From NCBI GenBank assembly GCA_016930135.1, contig JAFGHM010000102.1, positions 1 to 59,092 on the forward strand: 59,092 bases of DNA. The letters run 5' to 3'. Below the pieces are notes generated by a model. That model was not told where the DNA came from. It did not search any database and saw only the letters and a program-made list of their open reading frames with translations. How positions within the stretch are numbered: the first letter of the stretch is position 1; the number at the start of each line of letters is the position of its first letter. The position numbers and the translations under genes are program-made. Shown here piece by piece: positions 33,801 to 43,748 of the stretch. This DNA comes from Thermoplasmatota archaeon. Its GTDB lineage: Archaea > Thermoplasmatota > Thermoplasmata > UBA10834.

Positions 33801-35099
33801 ATGACGAGCAAGGTCGTGGTGGTAGGAGGAGGGATCGCGGGCATCCAGGCTGCGCTCGACCTCGGAGATATGGGATACGAGGTGCACCTCGTCGAAAGGA
33901 CGCCCTCCATTGGAGGACGCATGGCCCAGCTGGACAAGACCTTCCCGACCAATGACTGCTCGTTGTGCATACTGTCGCCCAAGATGATTTCATGCGCCGG
34001 GCACGAGAACATCAAGCTACATACCTACTCTGAGATTGAGAGCGCCGATGGCGGGTTCCCCAAGACGAGGGTGAGGATCAGGGAGAAGGCTAGGTACGTG
34101 ATTCTCAGCAGGTGTACTGGGTGTGGAGACTGCATCGCCAAGTGTCCGGTCAAGGTAACATTCGAGTTCGAGGAAGGGCTCTCCAAGCGAAAGGCCGTCT
34201 ATCTGCCTTTCCCACAGGCGGTCCCGAGGAAGGTCACCATAGACGCTGAGCACTGCAGGATGATCACCGAGGGCAAGTGCGGTGTATGCAAGAAGGTGTG
34301 CCAGGCGGGGGCAATCGACTACGAGCAGAAGGACAGCTTCGTCGACTTGGAAGCTGGCGCGGTAGTCATCGCGACGGGGTTCGACCTGGCCGATGCCTCC
34401 GCGCTGCGGCAATACGGCCTTGGCACCTGCAAGGATGTGATCACCTCGCTCCAGCTCGAACGGATACTCTCTGCCGCAGGACCTACAGGCGGACGCCTCA
34501 CGAGGCCCTCGGACGACACGGAGCCTAAGAAGCTCGCGTTCGTGCAGTGCGTGGGCTCCAGAGATTCCAGGATGTTCAAGTACTGCAGCAGCGTGTGCTG
34601 CATGTACGCCACCAAGGAGTCCATCCTGGTACGCGAACACGTCCCGGACATCGAATCCACCATATTCTACATGGACATGAGGGCGACTGGGAAGGGGTTC
34701 CAGGAATTTGTGCTGCGCGCAGAGAGGTCATACGGTGTGAGATACATCCGCTCGAGACCAGCCGAGGTCCAGCCTGCCTCTGACGGAAGAGGTGTGCTGG
34801 TCACTTACGACACGGGAGGGGGGATTGGCGAACAGCGCACTGAGAAGTTCGACCTGCTCGTCCTGTGCCCTGCGCTGGTGCCGTCCAAGGGCACTTCTGA
34901 GATCGCGCGAATACTCGGCGTGGAACTTGACGAGAACGGATTCATAATGACCCCTGACACTAGGAACCCGATAGACTCGACGAAGAAAGGGGTTCTGGTC
35001 TGCGGATTCGCCGGGGAACCTATGGATATCCCGGATTCGGTAGCGCAGGCGACGGGGGTCGCGGCCAGAGTGGCGGAACTGCTCCAGGAGGCGCGCTGA
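33801..35099 (+). CDS. hdrA: HdrA-like flavoprotein, first half of a split tandem HdrA
   Basis: GGGIAG, GGRMAQLDKTFPTNDCSLC, inserted ferredoxin, QCVGSR...YCSSVCC; lacks the N-terminal RIGVF domain. Confidence 0.9.
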   Translation: MTSKVVVVGGGIAGIQAALDLGDMGYEVHLVERTPSIGGRMAQLDKTFPTNDCSLCILSPKMISCAGHENIKLHTYSEIESADGGFPKTRVRIREKARYVILSRCTGCGDCIAKCPVKVTFEFEEGLSKRKAVYLPFPQAVPRKVTIDAEHCRMITEGKCGVCKKVCQAGAIDYEQKDSFVDLEAGAVVIATGFDLADASALRQYGLGTCKDVITSLQLERILSAAGPTGGRLTRPSDDTEPKKLAFVQCVGSRDSRMFKYCSSVCCMYATKESILVREHVPDIESTIFYMDMRATGKGFQEFVLRAERSYGVRYIRSRPAEVQPASDGRGVLVTYDTGGGIGEQRTEKFDLLVLCPALVPSKGTSEIARILGVELDENGFIMTPDTRNPIDSTKKGVLVCGFAGEPMDIPDSVAQATGVAARVAELLQEAR

Positions 35100-35101
35100 C
35101 A

Positions 35102-36787
35102 ATGGCGAGGATAGGCGTCTTCATATGCCACTGCGGGCACAACATCGCATCGGCAGTGGCAGTCGAGGAGGTCGTGAAGTTCGCAAGGACCCTCCCCGAT
35201 GTGGTCTATTCCGACCACAACTTGTATTCGTGCTCCGAAGAGGGGCTTGGCTCCATTAAGAAGAGCATAGAGGAGAACAAGCTGGACAGGGTCGTGGTGG
35301 CAGCCTGCACCCCGAGGACCCACGAGCCCCTTTTCCGAAGGCTGTGCGAGCAGGCAGGGATCAACAAGTACCTGTTCGAGTTTGTCAACATCAGGGAGCA
35401 TTGCTCATGGATACATGCGAAGGAGCCAAACGCGGCCACGGAGAAGGCAAAGAAGCTCGTGGCGATGGGGGTGTCCAAAGCCGCCCTTCTCGAACCTCAA
35501 GTCGAGAGCGAGTCGGGCGTCATACCCACGGCGGTCGTGATCGGCGGCGGTCTGGCCGGGCTGACCGCGGCTGCATCGCTGGTCGCGCAGGACATAGACA
35601 CACATCTCATTGAGATGGAGGGCAAACTCGGGGGACAGCTGAACGATATCTCTATCCTTGCTCCGAACTTCGAAAAGAGCGCCGACCTGCTCAACAAGCT
35701 GGTTTCAGAGCTGAAGAAGTCCGAGAGGGGGCACATACACCTGGGGGCCAAGCTCGTCGATGTCAAAGGATTCGTCGGCAACTTCGAGATTACGGTCGAA
35801 GAGGAGGGTGTCCAGAACAAGATACCTGCGGGCGCAATCATACTCGCGACGGGGACACAAGAGCACCAGCCCGAGGGCGAATACGGCTTCCGGAAGGCTC
35901 CTGGTGTCGTGACCCAGCTGGAGTTCGAGAGGGCGCTCCAGAGAGGAGAAGTGCCGAAGCGCGTCGTCTTCATCCAATGCGTGGGCAGCAGGCAGCCGGG
36001 TAGGGAGTACTGTTCCAGGATATGCTGCAACACATCGCTGAAGAACGCTCTCAGAGTCGTCGAGGCCGGAGGCACTGCCGCGATAATCCACAGGGACATA
36101 ATGAGCTACGGGGCCGCATGGGAGGAGCTCTATCGACAGGCATCGGAGAGGGGAGTGGCCTTCTTCAGATACTCGCTCGAAGACAAGCCGAGGATCTCTG
36201 CAGAGAACAAGCACATCCTGGTCGAGGTCTTTGATGACAACCTGGGCGAAGGCGTGACCCTGCACACTGACCTTGTTGTCCTGGCCACGCCGCTGGTATC
36301 GAGGGATGATTCGGGTGATGTCAGCAGGATGCTCAAGGTACCAAGAGACAAGAATGGCTTCTACCTCGAGGCGCACGTGAAGCTCCGGCCAATCGAGTTC
36401 GCCACGGATGGCGTGTTCATATGCGGCTCTGCGAGATGGCCCAGCAGCGCGAGAGAGGTCATGTGCCAGGCCCTTGCGGCGGCAGCAAAGGCCGCAATCC
36501 CGATCAAGAGAGGTAAGGTCGTCACAGAGGCGATTACGGCCTGGTCTGACCCCGACAAATGCGCGGGGTGCGGCAACTGCGTCATCGCATGCCCATATGA
36601 GGCTATCGAGATAGTCGACCAGGACGGCAGGAAGATCGCGAAGGTCAACGAGACGCAGTGCAAGGGATGCGGGAACTGCGTGGCTGCGTGCCCTAACGAC
36701 GCGATGCAACAGAGGGGTTTCACGACCCGGCAGCTGAGCGCGATGATAGACGCGCTGGTGAAGCGCGCGCTGGAGGAGAGCTCATGA
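35102..36787 (+). CDS. hdrA: HdrA-like flavoprotein, second half
   Basis: RIGVFICHCG, AACTPRTHE, NIREHCSW, GGGLAG, QCVGSR...CSRICC, C-terminal 2x[4Fe-4S]. Confidence 0.9.
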   Translation: MARIGVFICHCGHNIASAVAVEEVVKFARTLPDVVYSDHNLYSCSEEGLGSIKKSIEENKLDRVVVAACTPRTHEPLFRRLCEQAGINKYLFEFVNIREHCSWIHAKEPNAATEKAKKLVAMGVSKAALLEPQVESESGVIPTAVVIGGGLAGLTAAASLVAQDIDTHLIEMEGKLGGQLNDISILAPNFEKSADLLNKLVSELKKSERGHIHLGAKLVDVKGFVGNFEITVEEEGVQNKIPAGAIILATGTQEHQPEGEYGFRKAPGVVTQLEFERALQRGEVPKRVVFIQCVGSRQPGREYCSRICCNTSLKNALRVVEAGGTAAIIHRDIMSYGAAWEELYRQASERGVAFFRYSLEDKPRISAENKHILVEVFDDNLGEGVTLHTDLVVLATPLVSRDDSGDVSRMLKVPRDKNGFYLEAHVKLRPIEFATDGVFICGSARWPSSAREVMCQALAAAAKAAIPIKRGKVVTEAITAWSDPDKCAGCGNCVIACPYEAIEIVDQDGRKIAKVNETQCKGCGNCVAACPNDAMQQRGFTTRQLSAMIDALVKRALEESS

Positions 36788-37203
36788 GCGACTTCAACCC
36801 GACAATCCTGGCATTCTGCTGCAACTGGTGTTCGTACGCGGGCGCAGACCTTGCGGGTGTGAGCAGGCTCCAGATGCCGCCCAACGTCCACGTCGTGCGG
36901 GTGATGTGCAGCGCGAGCGTGAAGGGGGAGTACATCCTCAAGGCGATCTCACAGGGCGTCGACGGTGTACTCGTGCTTGGCTGTCACATCGGGGACTGTC
37001 ACTACATGACGGGCAACCACAGGACCGCGAAGAGGATCCCGGTGGTCCAGAAGCTACTGAAGGACGTGGGCTTCGACGAGAGACGTGTAAGGCTGGACTG
37101 GGTCAGTGCTGCCGAGGGGGAGAAGTTCCAGAGGGTCATCACGGAGTTCGTCGAGGAGATCAAGGGCCTCGGCCCCAACCCGGTGAGAGAGGTGATGTCT
37201 TGA
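36784..37203 (+). CDS. mvhD: MvhD [2Fe-2S] subunit
   Basis: AFCCNWCSYAGAD, VMCS, GCHIGDCHY..GN. Confidence 0.93.
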   Translation: MSDFNPTILAFCCNWCSYAGADLAGVSRLQMPPNVHVVRVMCSASVKGEYILKAISQGVDGVLVLGCHIGDCHYMTGNHRTAKRIPVVQKLLKDVGFDERRVRLDWVSAAEGEKFQRVITEFVEEIKGLGPNPVREVMS

Positions 37204-37985
37204 GCGACCTAGGCAAGAAACTCGCCTCGATAGCCTTCGACGAGCTTGGGGCGGACTACCTGCTCGCGATGCGAGAGGAGCACGGGAACGTTGCCCCAGT
37301 GATGCTGGCCAGAGGACAGGACCCCGGCGAGATCAGACTCGACGTCCCATACCAGCTGGTGAACATACTCAGCAACATATATCCGTGGCTCAAGGACGGC
37401 AAGGTCGCAGTCGTCACGAGACGGTGTGACGAGAAGGCCCTTGAAGAGTTCTTTAAGCGGGAGCTGTTCGATCCGCGAAGGATTCTTAAGATCGGGCTTG
37501 CGTGTTCCAAGGAGCAGGTCGCCAAATGCAGGTGTTCGGACCCTGTACCGGCAAAGACGCACATAGGAGAGCCACAGAAGGCGATGGAGAAGGACGAACT
37601 ATCCGAGAAGCTGATGGCGATGCCTCCCGAGGAGAGGCTCAGATTCTGGGCATACCAGTTCAAGAAGTGCAACAAGTGTTTCGCGTGTACTCTCACCTGC
37701 CCCGTCTGCTTTTGCGACGAGTGCATACTCGAGGAGAAGACCTTTGTGCCCGAGCCAGGGATACCTCCGGGCATGTCCTTCCATCTGATACGCGCATATC
37801 ATCTGGCGGACAAGTGCATCGAGTGCGGTGAGTGCGAGCGCAGCTGCCCTGCTGAAATACCGCTCCTGACCCTGAGGAAGCTGCTGGCGAAGGATGTCAA
37901 GGAGATCTTCGGGTTCGCCCCCGGCGACAGGAAGACCGTGAGCCCACTCCTGACGGTGCTGGAGGAGGGATGCAATGAGTGTTGA
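37200..37985 (+). CDS. FdhB/FlxB-like 4Fe-4S protein (short)
   Basis: TTG start overlapping the mvhD stop; CNKCFACTLTCPVCFCDEC, FHLIRAYHLADKCIECGECERSCP. Confidence 0.8.
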   Translation: MSDLGKKLASIAFDELGADYLLAMREEHGNVAPVMLARGQDPGEIRLDVPYQLVNILSNIYPWLKDGKVAVVTRRCDEKALEEFFKRELFDPRRILKIGLACSKEQVAKCRCSDPVPAKTHIGEPQKAMEKDELSEKLMAMPPEERLRFWAYQFKKCNKCFACTLTCPVCFCDECILEEKTFVPEPGIPPGMSFHLIRAYHLADKCIECGECERSCPAEIPLLTLRKLLAKDVKEIFGFAPGDRKTVSPLLTVLEEGCNEC

Positions 37986-40011
37986 GCACGTGCTGACGAC
38001 ATGCCCTTACTGCGGCACCGGCTGCTACTTCTTCCTCCAAGTCGTGGACGGGAGGCTGGTGGGGGTCGTGCCGTGCAAGACGGATGAGATTTCGCTCGGA
38101 CGACTCTGCATCAAGGGCTACAACGCGCACGCGTTCGTCCAACATCCGGATCGGCTGAAGCATCCGATGATAAGGATCGACGGGGAGCTGAAACCTGTCT
38201 CATGGGACGATGCCCTCGGCAGGTTCGCGGAGGAACTCAGACGAATCAGGGAGAAGCACGGTCCGGACTCGATCGCGATCCTGGCATCGGCCAAGTGCAC
38301 GAACGAGGACAACTATCTCTTCCAGAAGCTCGCGAGGGCGGTGGTAGGTACAAACAATGTGGACCACTGCGCACGGCTCTGCCACGCGTCCACTGTCACA
38401 GGGCTCCTGTACTCGTTCGGCAGTGGCGCGATGACCAACACGGTACCTGAGTTCGAGAAAGCAGACTGTATTCTTGTGACGGGCTCCAACACGCTGGAGG
38501 CGCACCCTCTAATCGGCTCGAGGATACTCAGAGCCCTTGACAGAGGAGCGAAGGTCATTGTCATCGATCCAAGGGACACCCCTCTGTCGCGACTCGCAAC
38601 AATCAAGCTGAACCAGATATCCGGCACGGACATCGCCTGGATAAACGGGATGATCAAGCTGATCATAGACGAAGGCCTGTACGACGAGGACTTCGTGAAT
38701 GCGAGGACGGAGGCATTCGAGGAGCTGAAAGAAGCCGTCAAGGGCTACAACCTGGCGAAGGTGGAGTCCATCACCGGGATACCGGGTCAGATGCTCGCAG
38801 AGGCCGCGAGGGTCTATGCGAAATCGAAGAAGGCGATGGTAGCCTACGCGATGGGCGTGACTCAGCACAGCAACGGCACGGACCTGGTGAAGGCGCTCGC
38901 GAACCTGTCAATGGTCACGGGGCACATAGGCAAGGAGTCCACCGGCCTCAACCCGCTTAGGGGACAGTGCAATGTACAGGGTGCGTGCGATGCCGGCGGC
39001 CTGCCGAATCTGTTCCCTGGGTACCAGAGAGTTGACGACAAGTCTGCGAGGGCGAAGTTCGAGGCGGCGTGGGGTGTGCGATTGCCGGAAAAGCCCGGGC
39101 TCACCTTGACCTGCGCCATCGAGGAGGCGGCTGCCGGCAAGCTGAAGGCGATGGTGGTGTTCGGCGAGAACGTCATGCTCTCGGACCCGGATCTGAATCA
39201 CGTTGAGGAGGCGCTGAAGAAGCTGGAGCTGCTTGTGGTCGCCGACATATTCCCAACCGAGACGATCAAGTTCGCTCATATCGTGCTCCCGGCTGCATGC
39301 TACGCCGAGAAGGACGGGACGTTCACATCGACGGACAGGGCCATCAGGGTTCTCAGAAAGGCAGTGGACCCCCCGGGGGAGGCATTGCCGGACTGGCAGA
39401 TCGCATGCGATATCGGCAGGCGGCTGGGCTCGAAAGGGTTCGAGTTCTCTTCATCCGCTCAGATTATGGACGAGATGGCCTCCGTGACCCCAATCTATGC
39501 GGGGATAGACCACGCAAGGGCGGACAACACAGTGCTCCGGTGGCCCTGCCCCGCGAAGGACCATCCGGGGACGAGGATCCTGCACACCCAGAAGTTCACC
39601 AAGGGCCTTGGGACATTCGCGCCTGTCCATCACTCGCCTCCCGCGGAGGAAACCTCGGAGGACTACCCGCTGATTCTCACGACAGGTCGGAACCTGTTCC
39701 AGTACCATACGGGCACGATGACCAGGAGGTCTCCCAAGCTCGAGCGGGAGGCCCCGGAGCCCTATGCGGAGGTCAACAGGGCAGACGCGAAGAGGCTCGG
39801 CGTTTCGGACGGCGAGCGTGTCATGGTCTCCTCCCGGAGGGGGTCGATCGCTCTTAAGGCGCGGGTCACTGAGAGGATCATCCAGGGTTCGATATTCATA
39901 CCGTTCCACTACGCCGAGGCCGCCGCGAACAGACTCACGAACGCGGCCTTGGACCCCGACTCGAAGATACCCGAGTTCAAGGTGTGCGCTGTGAGGCTCG
40001 AGAAGGCCTGA
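37975..40011 (+). CDS. fdhA: formate dehydrogenase alpha subunit (Mo/W, Cys ligand)
   Basis: TCPYCGTGC, LC.KG, NNVDHCARLCH, PLRGQCNVQG, TGR...YHTGTMTRR, PEFKVCAV. Confidence 0.93.
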   Translation: MSVEHVLTTCPYCGTGCYFFLQVVDGRLVGVVPCKTDEISLGRLCIKGYNAHAFVQHPDRLKHPMIRIDGELKPVSWDDALGRFAEELRRIREKHGPDSIAILASAKCTNEDNYLFQKLARAVVGTNNVDHCARLCHASTVTGLLYSFGSGAMTNTVPEFEKADCILVTGSNTLEAHPLIGSRILRALDRGAKVIVIDPRDTPLSRLATIKLNQISGTDIAWINGMIKLIIDEGLYDEDFVNARTEAFEELKEAVKGYNLAKVESITGIPGQMLAEAARVYAKSKKAMVAYAMGVTQHSNGTDLVKALANLSMVTGHIGKESTGLNPLRGQCNVQGACDAGGLPNLFPGYQRVDDKSARAKFEAAWGVRLPEKPGLTLTCAIEEAAAGKLKAMVVFGENVMLSDPDLNHVEEALKKLELLVVADIFPTETIKFAHIVLPAACYAEKDGTFTSTDRAIRVLRKAVDPPGEALPDWQIACDIGRRLGSKGFEFSSSAQIMDEMASVTPIYAGIDHARADNTVLRWPCPAKDHPGTRILHTQKFTKGLGTFAPVHHSPPAEETSEDYPLILTTGRNLFQYHTGTMTRRSPKLEREAPEPYAEVNRADAKRLGVSDGERVMVSSRRGSIALKARVTERIIQGSIFIPFHYAEAAANRLTNAALDPDSKIPEFKVCAVRLEKA

Positions 40012-40056
40012 GTGGATAAATCTTGGGGTTTGCAGAGGGGTTTTCAATCTCAGGGC

Positions 40057-41379
40057 TCAGGTCCTGACTGGCGTGGCCAAGGGCTCGACTTCCACGTGCA
40101 CAGGTGGCCGGGTCGCCAATGCGACCCCGAAAGCGACCAACGAGGCGATCCCCACGGCCACGAAGACGTAGACGAATCCGGACTGAGACCCTGCTAGAAC
40201 GCCTGGTATCAACGCGCCCAGCGCTCCCGCGAGGCCATAGGATGTGAACACGTAGCCGTAGTTGTTGCCGAAGTTCTTGGTCCCGTAGTATTCCGATGTG
40301 GTGGACGGGAAGAGCGCGAAGTTGCCTCCAAAAGTGAAGCCGACGAGCGACGCCAAGCTGGTGAGGCCCACGAACTGCACTATCTCCCCCGTAGGTCTCA
40401 AGGCGAAGAACCCTGCAGCCCCGAAAAGGATAATGGCCTGAATCAGGAACATGAGCTTGAGTGTATTCGTCCTTCCGAGCTTGTCGGAGAGCTTGCCCCA
40501 GCCTATCCTGCCGGCCGCGTTGAACAGCGCGAGAATGCCAGCAATCGTCTGGAACTCTGCGACGACCATCGTCGTGCTAGTGGGATCGAGGAATATCGCA
40601 AGGTTCTTCACGTTGCTGATCATCATGAGCCCAGCCGTGCCGGAAAGGGCAAACATGACCCAGAGCATGAGGAAGCTCCTGGTCCTCATCATCTCCTTCT
40701 GCGTGTAATCGACCTTCCGACCGTTGTTCTTGTCGTTTGCAGATGGCACGTAGCCCTTAGGCAGCCAACCCGCAGGCGGGTTAGTCAGCAACTGCGCACC
40801 GACAACAACCATGGCCATGTAAATCAGGCCGAGGTAGACGCAGGCGTCCGCGAGGCCGTACGAGTCTATGAGGGCCTTTCCGACCTGAGTGAATATGAAC
40901 GCTCCAGCGCCGAACCCAGCGACTGCGATTCCGCTCACGAGACCCTTCTTGTCGGGAAACCACTTGACCCCAGCGGCGAGCGGGCAGACATATCCGAAGC
41001 CGAGACCGATGCCTCCGATGATGCCGAAGGTCGTGTACATCAGCACGATGTTCTCAGTAGCGAAGGTGGACAGCACATAGCCCGCGCCGAGGATGAGGCC
41101 GCCCATCGTGGCCACGACTCTCGGGCCCTTCCGGTCCTGTATCCTGCCCGCGAATATCACGGTGAAGGCGAAGACCGCTATGGCCGCAGCGAATATGCCA
41201 AGTATCTGGAACGATGCGGCATCGTAGCCCAACGACTTGGACAGCTCGCTCGTGAAGATTGAGAACGCGTACAGCGACCCCAGCGCAAGCTGGATCAGCA
41301 GCGCGCCAGCGACCACGATCCACCTATTCATGACTCTCTTTTCCCTTACTACCATCTTATCTGTTCTCCCAACTACCAT
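40057..41379 (-). CDS. OFA (oxalate/formate antiporter) family MFS transporter
   Basis: GSLYAFS, GRIQDRKGPR, KWFPDKKG, GRIGWGKLSDKLGR, YG.KNFG.NYG. Confidence 0.88.
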   Translation of the reverse strand: MVVGRTDKMVVREKRVMNRWIVVAGALLIQLALGSLYAFSIFTSELSKSLGYDAASFQILGIFAAAIAVFAFTVIFAGRIQDRKGPRVVATMGGLILGAGYVLSTFATENIVLMYTTFGIIGGIGLGFGYVCPLAAGVKWFPDKKGLVSGIAVAGFGAGAFIFTQVGKALIDSYGLADACVYLGLIYMAMVVVGAQLLTNPPAGWLPKGYVPSANDKNNGRKVDYTQKEMMRTRSFLMLWVMFALSGTAGLMMISNVKNLAIFLDPTSTTMVVAEFQTIAGILALFNAAGRIGWGKLSDKLGRTNTLKLMFLIQAIILFGAAGFFALRPTGEIVQFVGLTSLASLVGFTFGGNFALFPSTTSEYYGTKNFGNNYGYVFTSYGLAGALGALIPGVLAGSQSGFVYVFVAVGIASLVAFGVALATRPPVHVEVEPLATPVRT

Positions 41380-41472
41380 GCTCAAATTGACGGCCGAATA
41401 TCACCATTCTGAGGGACTCGATCTTGCTGGACCCGACAGCATTTCTGATAGTGCAGCTCCACTCCAGGAGCT

Positions 41473-43254
41473 CTAGTCCTCCAACGTCGATGTGTCGCCG
41501 ATCGGCAGCCCGAGCTCCCTCGCCCTTAGCAGCCGCCTCATGATCTTGCCACTCCTGGTCTTCGGGAGGTTCTTGACCACGTCGATCTCCCTCGGGTACG
41601 CATGGCCTGCGAGCTTGCTCTTGACGAACTTCTGGATGTCCGTCTTGAGCGCATCGGACTCAGTATACCCAGGCGTGAGCACTATGAACGCTTTGATTAT
41701 GTTGCCCCTGATCTCGTCTGGCTTGCCTATGACCCCCGCCTCAGCGACGGCCGGGTGCTCTATCAGGGCGCTCTCGACCTCGAACGGTCCGACTCTCTCG
41801 CCAGCGGTCTTGATGACATCGTCCGCGCGGCCGACATACCAGAAGTAACCGTCCTCGTCGGTCTGGGCGGTGTCGCCTGTATAGTACCAGCCGTTCCTGA
41901 AGTACTCGTTGTACTTCGCTGGGTTCTTCCAGATCTGTCTCATCATGGCCGGCCAGCCCGGCCTGATGCAGAGGTGGCCCTCCTCGCCCTGCCCCAGAGG
42001 CTTGCCGTTCTCGTCCACTATCGCGGCCTCTATCCCTGGCAGCGGTTTGCCCATCGAGCCCGGCTTTATGTCCATCTCGGGGAAGTTCGTTATCAAGATC
42101 GAGCCCGTCTCCGTCTGCCACCATGTGTCGTGGAAGGGCTTGCTGTCGAAGACATCGAGGGCCCACTTGACTCCCTCGGGATTCAGAGGCTCCCCGACCG
42201 AATAGAGCGCCCTGAGGCTCGAGAGATCGTACTTGTTCGGGAGGTCGTCACCCTTCGCCATGAGCATCCTCACGGCCGTAGGCGCGGTGTACCACACGCT
42301 GACCTTGTAGCTCTGGATGGTCTTGTACCAGCGCTCGGGGTCGAACCTGCCGCCCAGACCAACCTGGGTGACGCCGTTCGACCAAGGTCCGAGCACGCCG
42401 TACACGACACCGGTGACCCAGCCGAGGTCGGCGGTGCACCAGTAGACATCCTCCTCGTGGACATCGAGAACCCAGTAGGTCGAGAGGTGCATCTGGACGA
42501 TGTCCTTGTGGGCATGCACGACTCCCTTGGGCTTGCCCGTGGTGCCTGATGTGTAGAGCATGTAGGAAAACTCCTCGGGGTCCATGTGGGTCGCCTCGAA
42601 CTGGTCGCTGGCCTCCGCCATCTCCGTATCCAGGCTTACCTCGTTCTGGGCGACTTCCTTGCCGGTCACAATGATGTGCTTCAGCTCGGGCAGGTCTTTG
42701 ACGACCTCGTACACCCTCTTCTTCAGCTCCCCATCGGTGACGATTGCGACCGCGCCGCTGTCCAACATCCTGTCCTTTATGCCGTCGGGGCCGAAGGCCG
42801 GGAACATCGGGCTGGCGATTGCGCCATACTTTATCGCCCCCAGGAACCCTATGTAAAGCGCAGGGGACCTGGAGAGGAAGAAGAAGACCCTGTCCTGCCT
42901 CTTGACTCCTATCTTCTTGAGGACGTTGGCGAACTTGTTGGTCTGCCTGTAGAGCTGGTCGAAGGTCAACTTCGAGAAATTGCCCTCTCCATCATCGTAG
43001 ATGAGGGCCACCTTGTCCTTCCTCTTGCCGAGGGCGTGCCTATCGACGGCGTTGTACGCGGCATTGATCTTCCCGCCAGGGAACCAGTCAACCATCTTCT
43101 CCGCATCTGACCATCTGAAGGTTGTCCTCAGATCTTCGTACCCCAGTAGGTTAGGCTTCAGCCTAAGCTTCGAAGGGTCCTTCTTGACGATCTGCGTGTG
43201 AATCAGCTCAGAGCTCTCATCGGCCATCATATCCACATCCGGTTCCGGAATCAT
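41473..43254 (-). CDS. acsA: AMP-forming acetyl-CoA synthetase (start uncertain, 43254 or 43230)
   Basis: YTSGTTGKPKG, WCTADLGWVTG, SVGEPLNP, DTWWQTETG, PKTRSGKIMRR. Confidence 0.92.
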   Translation of the reverse strand: MIPEPDVDMMADESSELIHTQIVKKDPSKLRLKPNLLGYEDLRTTFRWSDAEKMVDWFPGGKINAAYNAVDRHALGKRKDKVALIYDDGEGNFSKLTFDQLYRQTNKFANVLKKIGVKRQDRVFFFLSRSPALYIGFLGAIKYGAIASPMFPAFGPDGIKDRMLDSGAVAIVTDGELKKRVYEVVKDLPELKHIIVTGKEVAQNEVSLDTEMAEASDQFEATHMDPEEFSYMLYTSGTTGKPKGVVHAHKDIVQMHLSTYWVLDVHEEDVYWCTADLGWVTGVVYGVLGPWSNGVTQVGLGGRFDPERWYKTIQSYKVSVWYTAPTAVRMLMAKGDDLPNKYDLSSLRALYSVGEPLNPEGVKWALDVFDSKPFHDTWWQTETGSILITNFPEMDIKPGSMGKPLPGIEAAIVDENGKPLGQGEEGHLCIRPGWPAMMRQIWKNPAKYNEYFRNGWYYTGDTAQTDEDGYFWYVGRADDVIKTAGERVGPFEVESALIEHPAVAEAGVIGKPDEIRGNIIKAFIVLTPGYTESDALKTDIQKFVKSKLAGHAYPREIDVVKNLPKTRSGKIMRRLLRARELGLPIGDTSTLED

Positions 43255-43748
43255 GTCTGTTCTTGGAGAAACCAATCTGCGCACATGCCAGTACGGTTGC
43301 GAGAGGTTCACGGCAGCTGCTCAGTCCGATCTCTGTGGACGGCATTCTTGCTCTGGTTATAATGCTTTTCGATGGGACAACGCCGATTTGTGGCGTCGTC
43401 CGGATTCGAACTCTTCATATGCAGATTTCGCTGACGTCGACTTTCGACATGATACGGCATATATCGAACCACACTCGATGCCAGAAGCTCGCAAGAACCT
43501 GTGCGCCCGCTGTAGAATGCCCTGGCCCCGGCTCACCTCTTGCCTCCGGCGCCGAATACCATGGTGCCAACGCCTGCGGACAGCATAAGCCAGGCGGCCC
43601 GATGCTGAGTGAAGAAGTATAGCATGAAGACGACAACGCCCATGACCAAGAACCATGTATTCAGCGACGGAACCTACGGCTTGAGATTGCCATCCGTCTC
43701 AGTGAAGGCATCTATCTGGTCAGCACTCCCTCTCGTCTCTGTTTGCGC

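Noticed and set aside
36828-37199. N-terminal extension of the FdhB-like ORF
   Set aside because: It overlaps mvhD in another frame; TTG 37200 has an RBS (GAGGTGA) and overlaps the mvhD stop.
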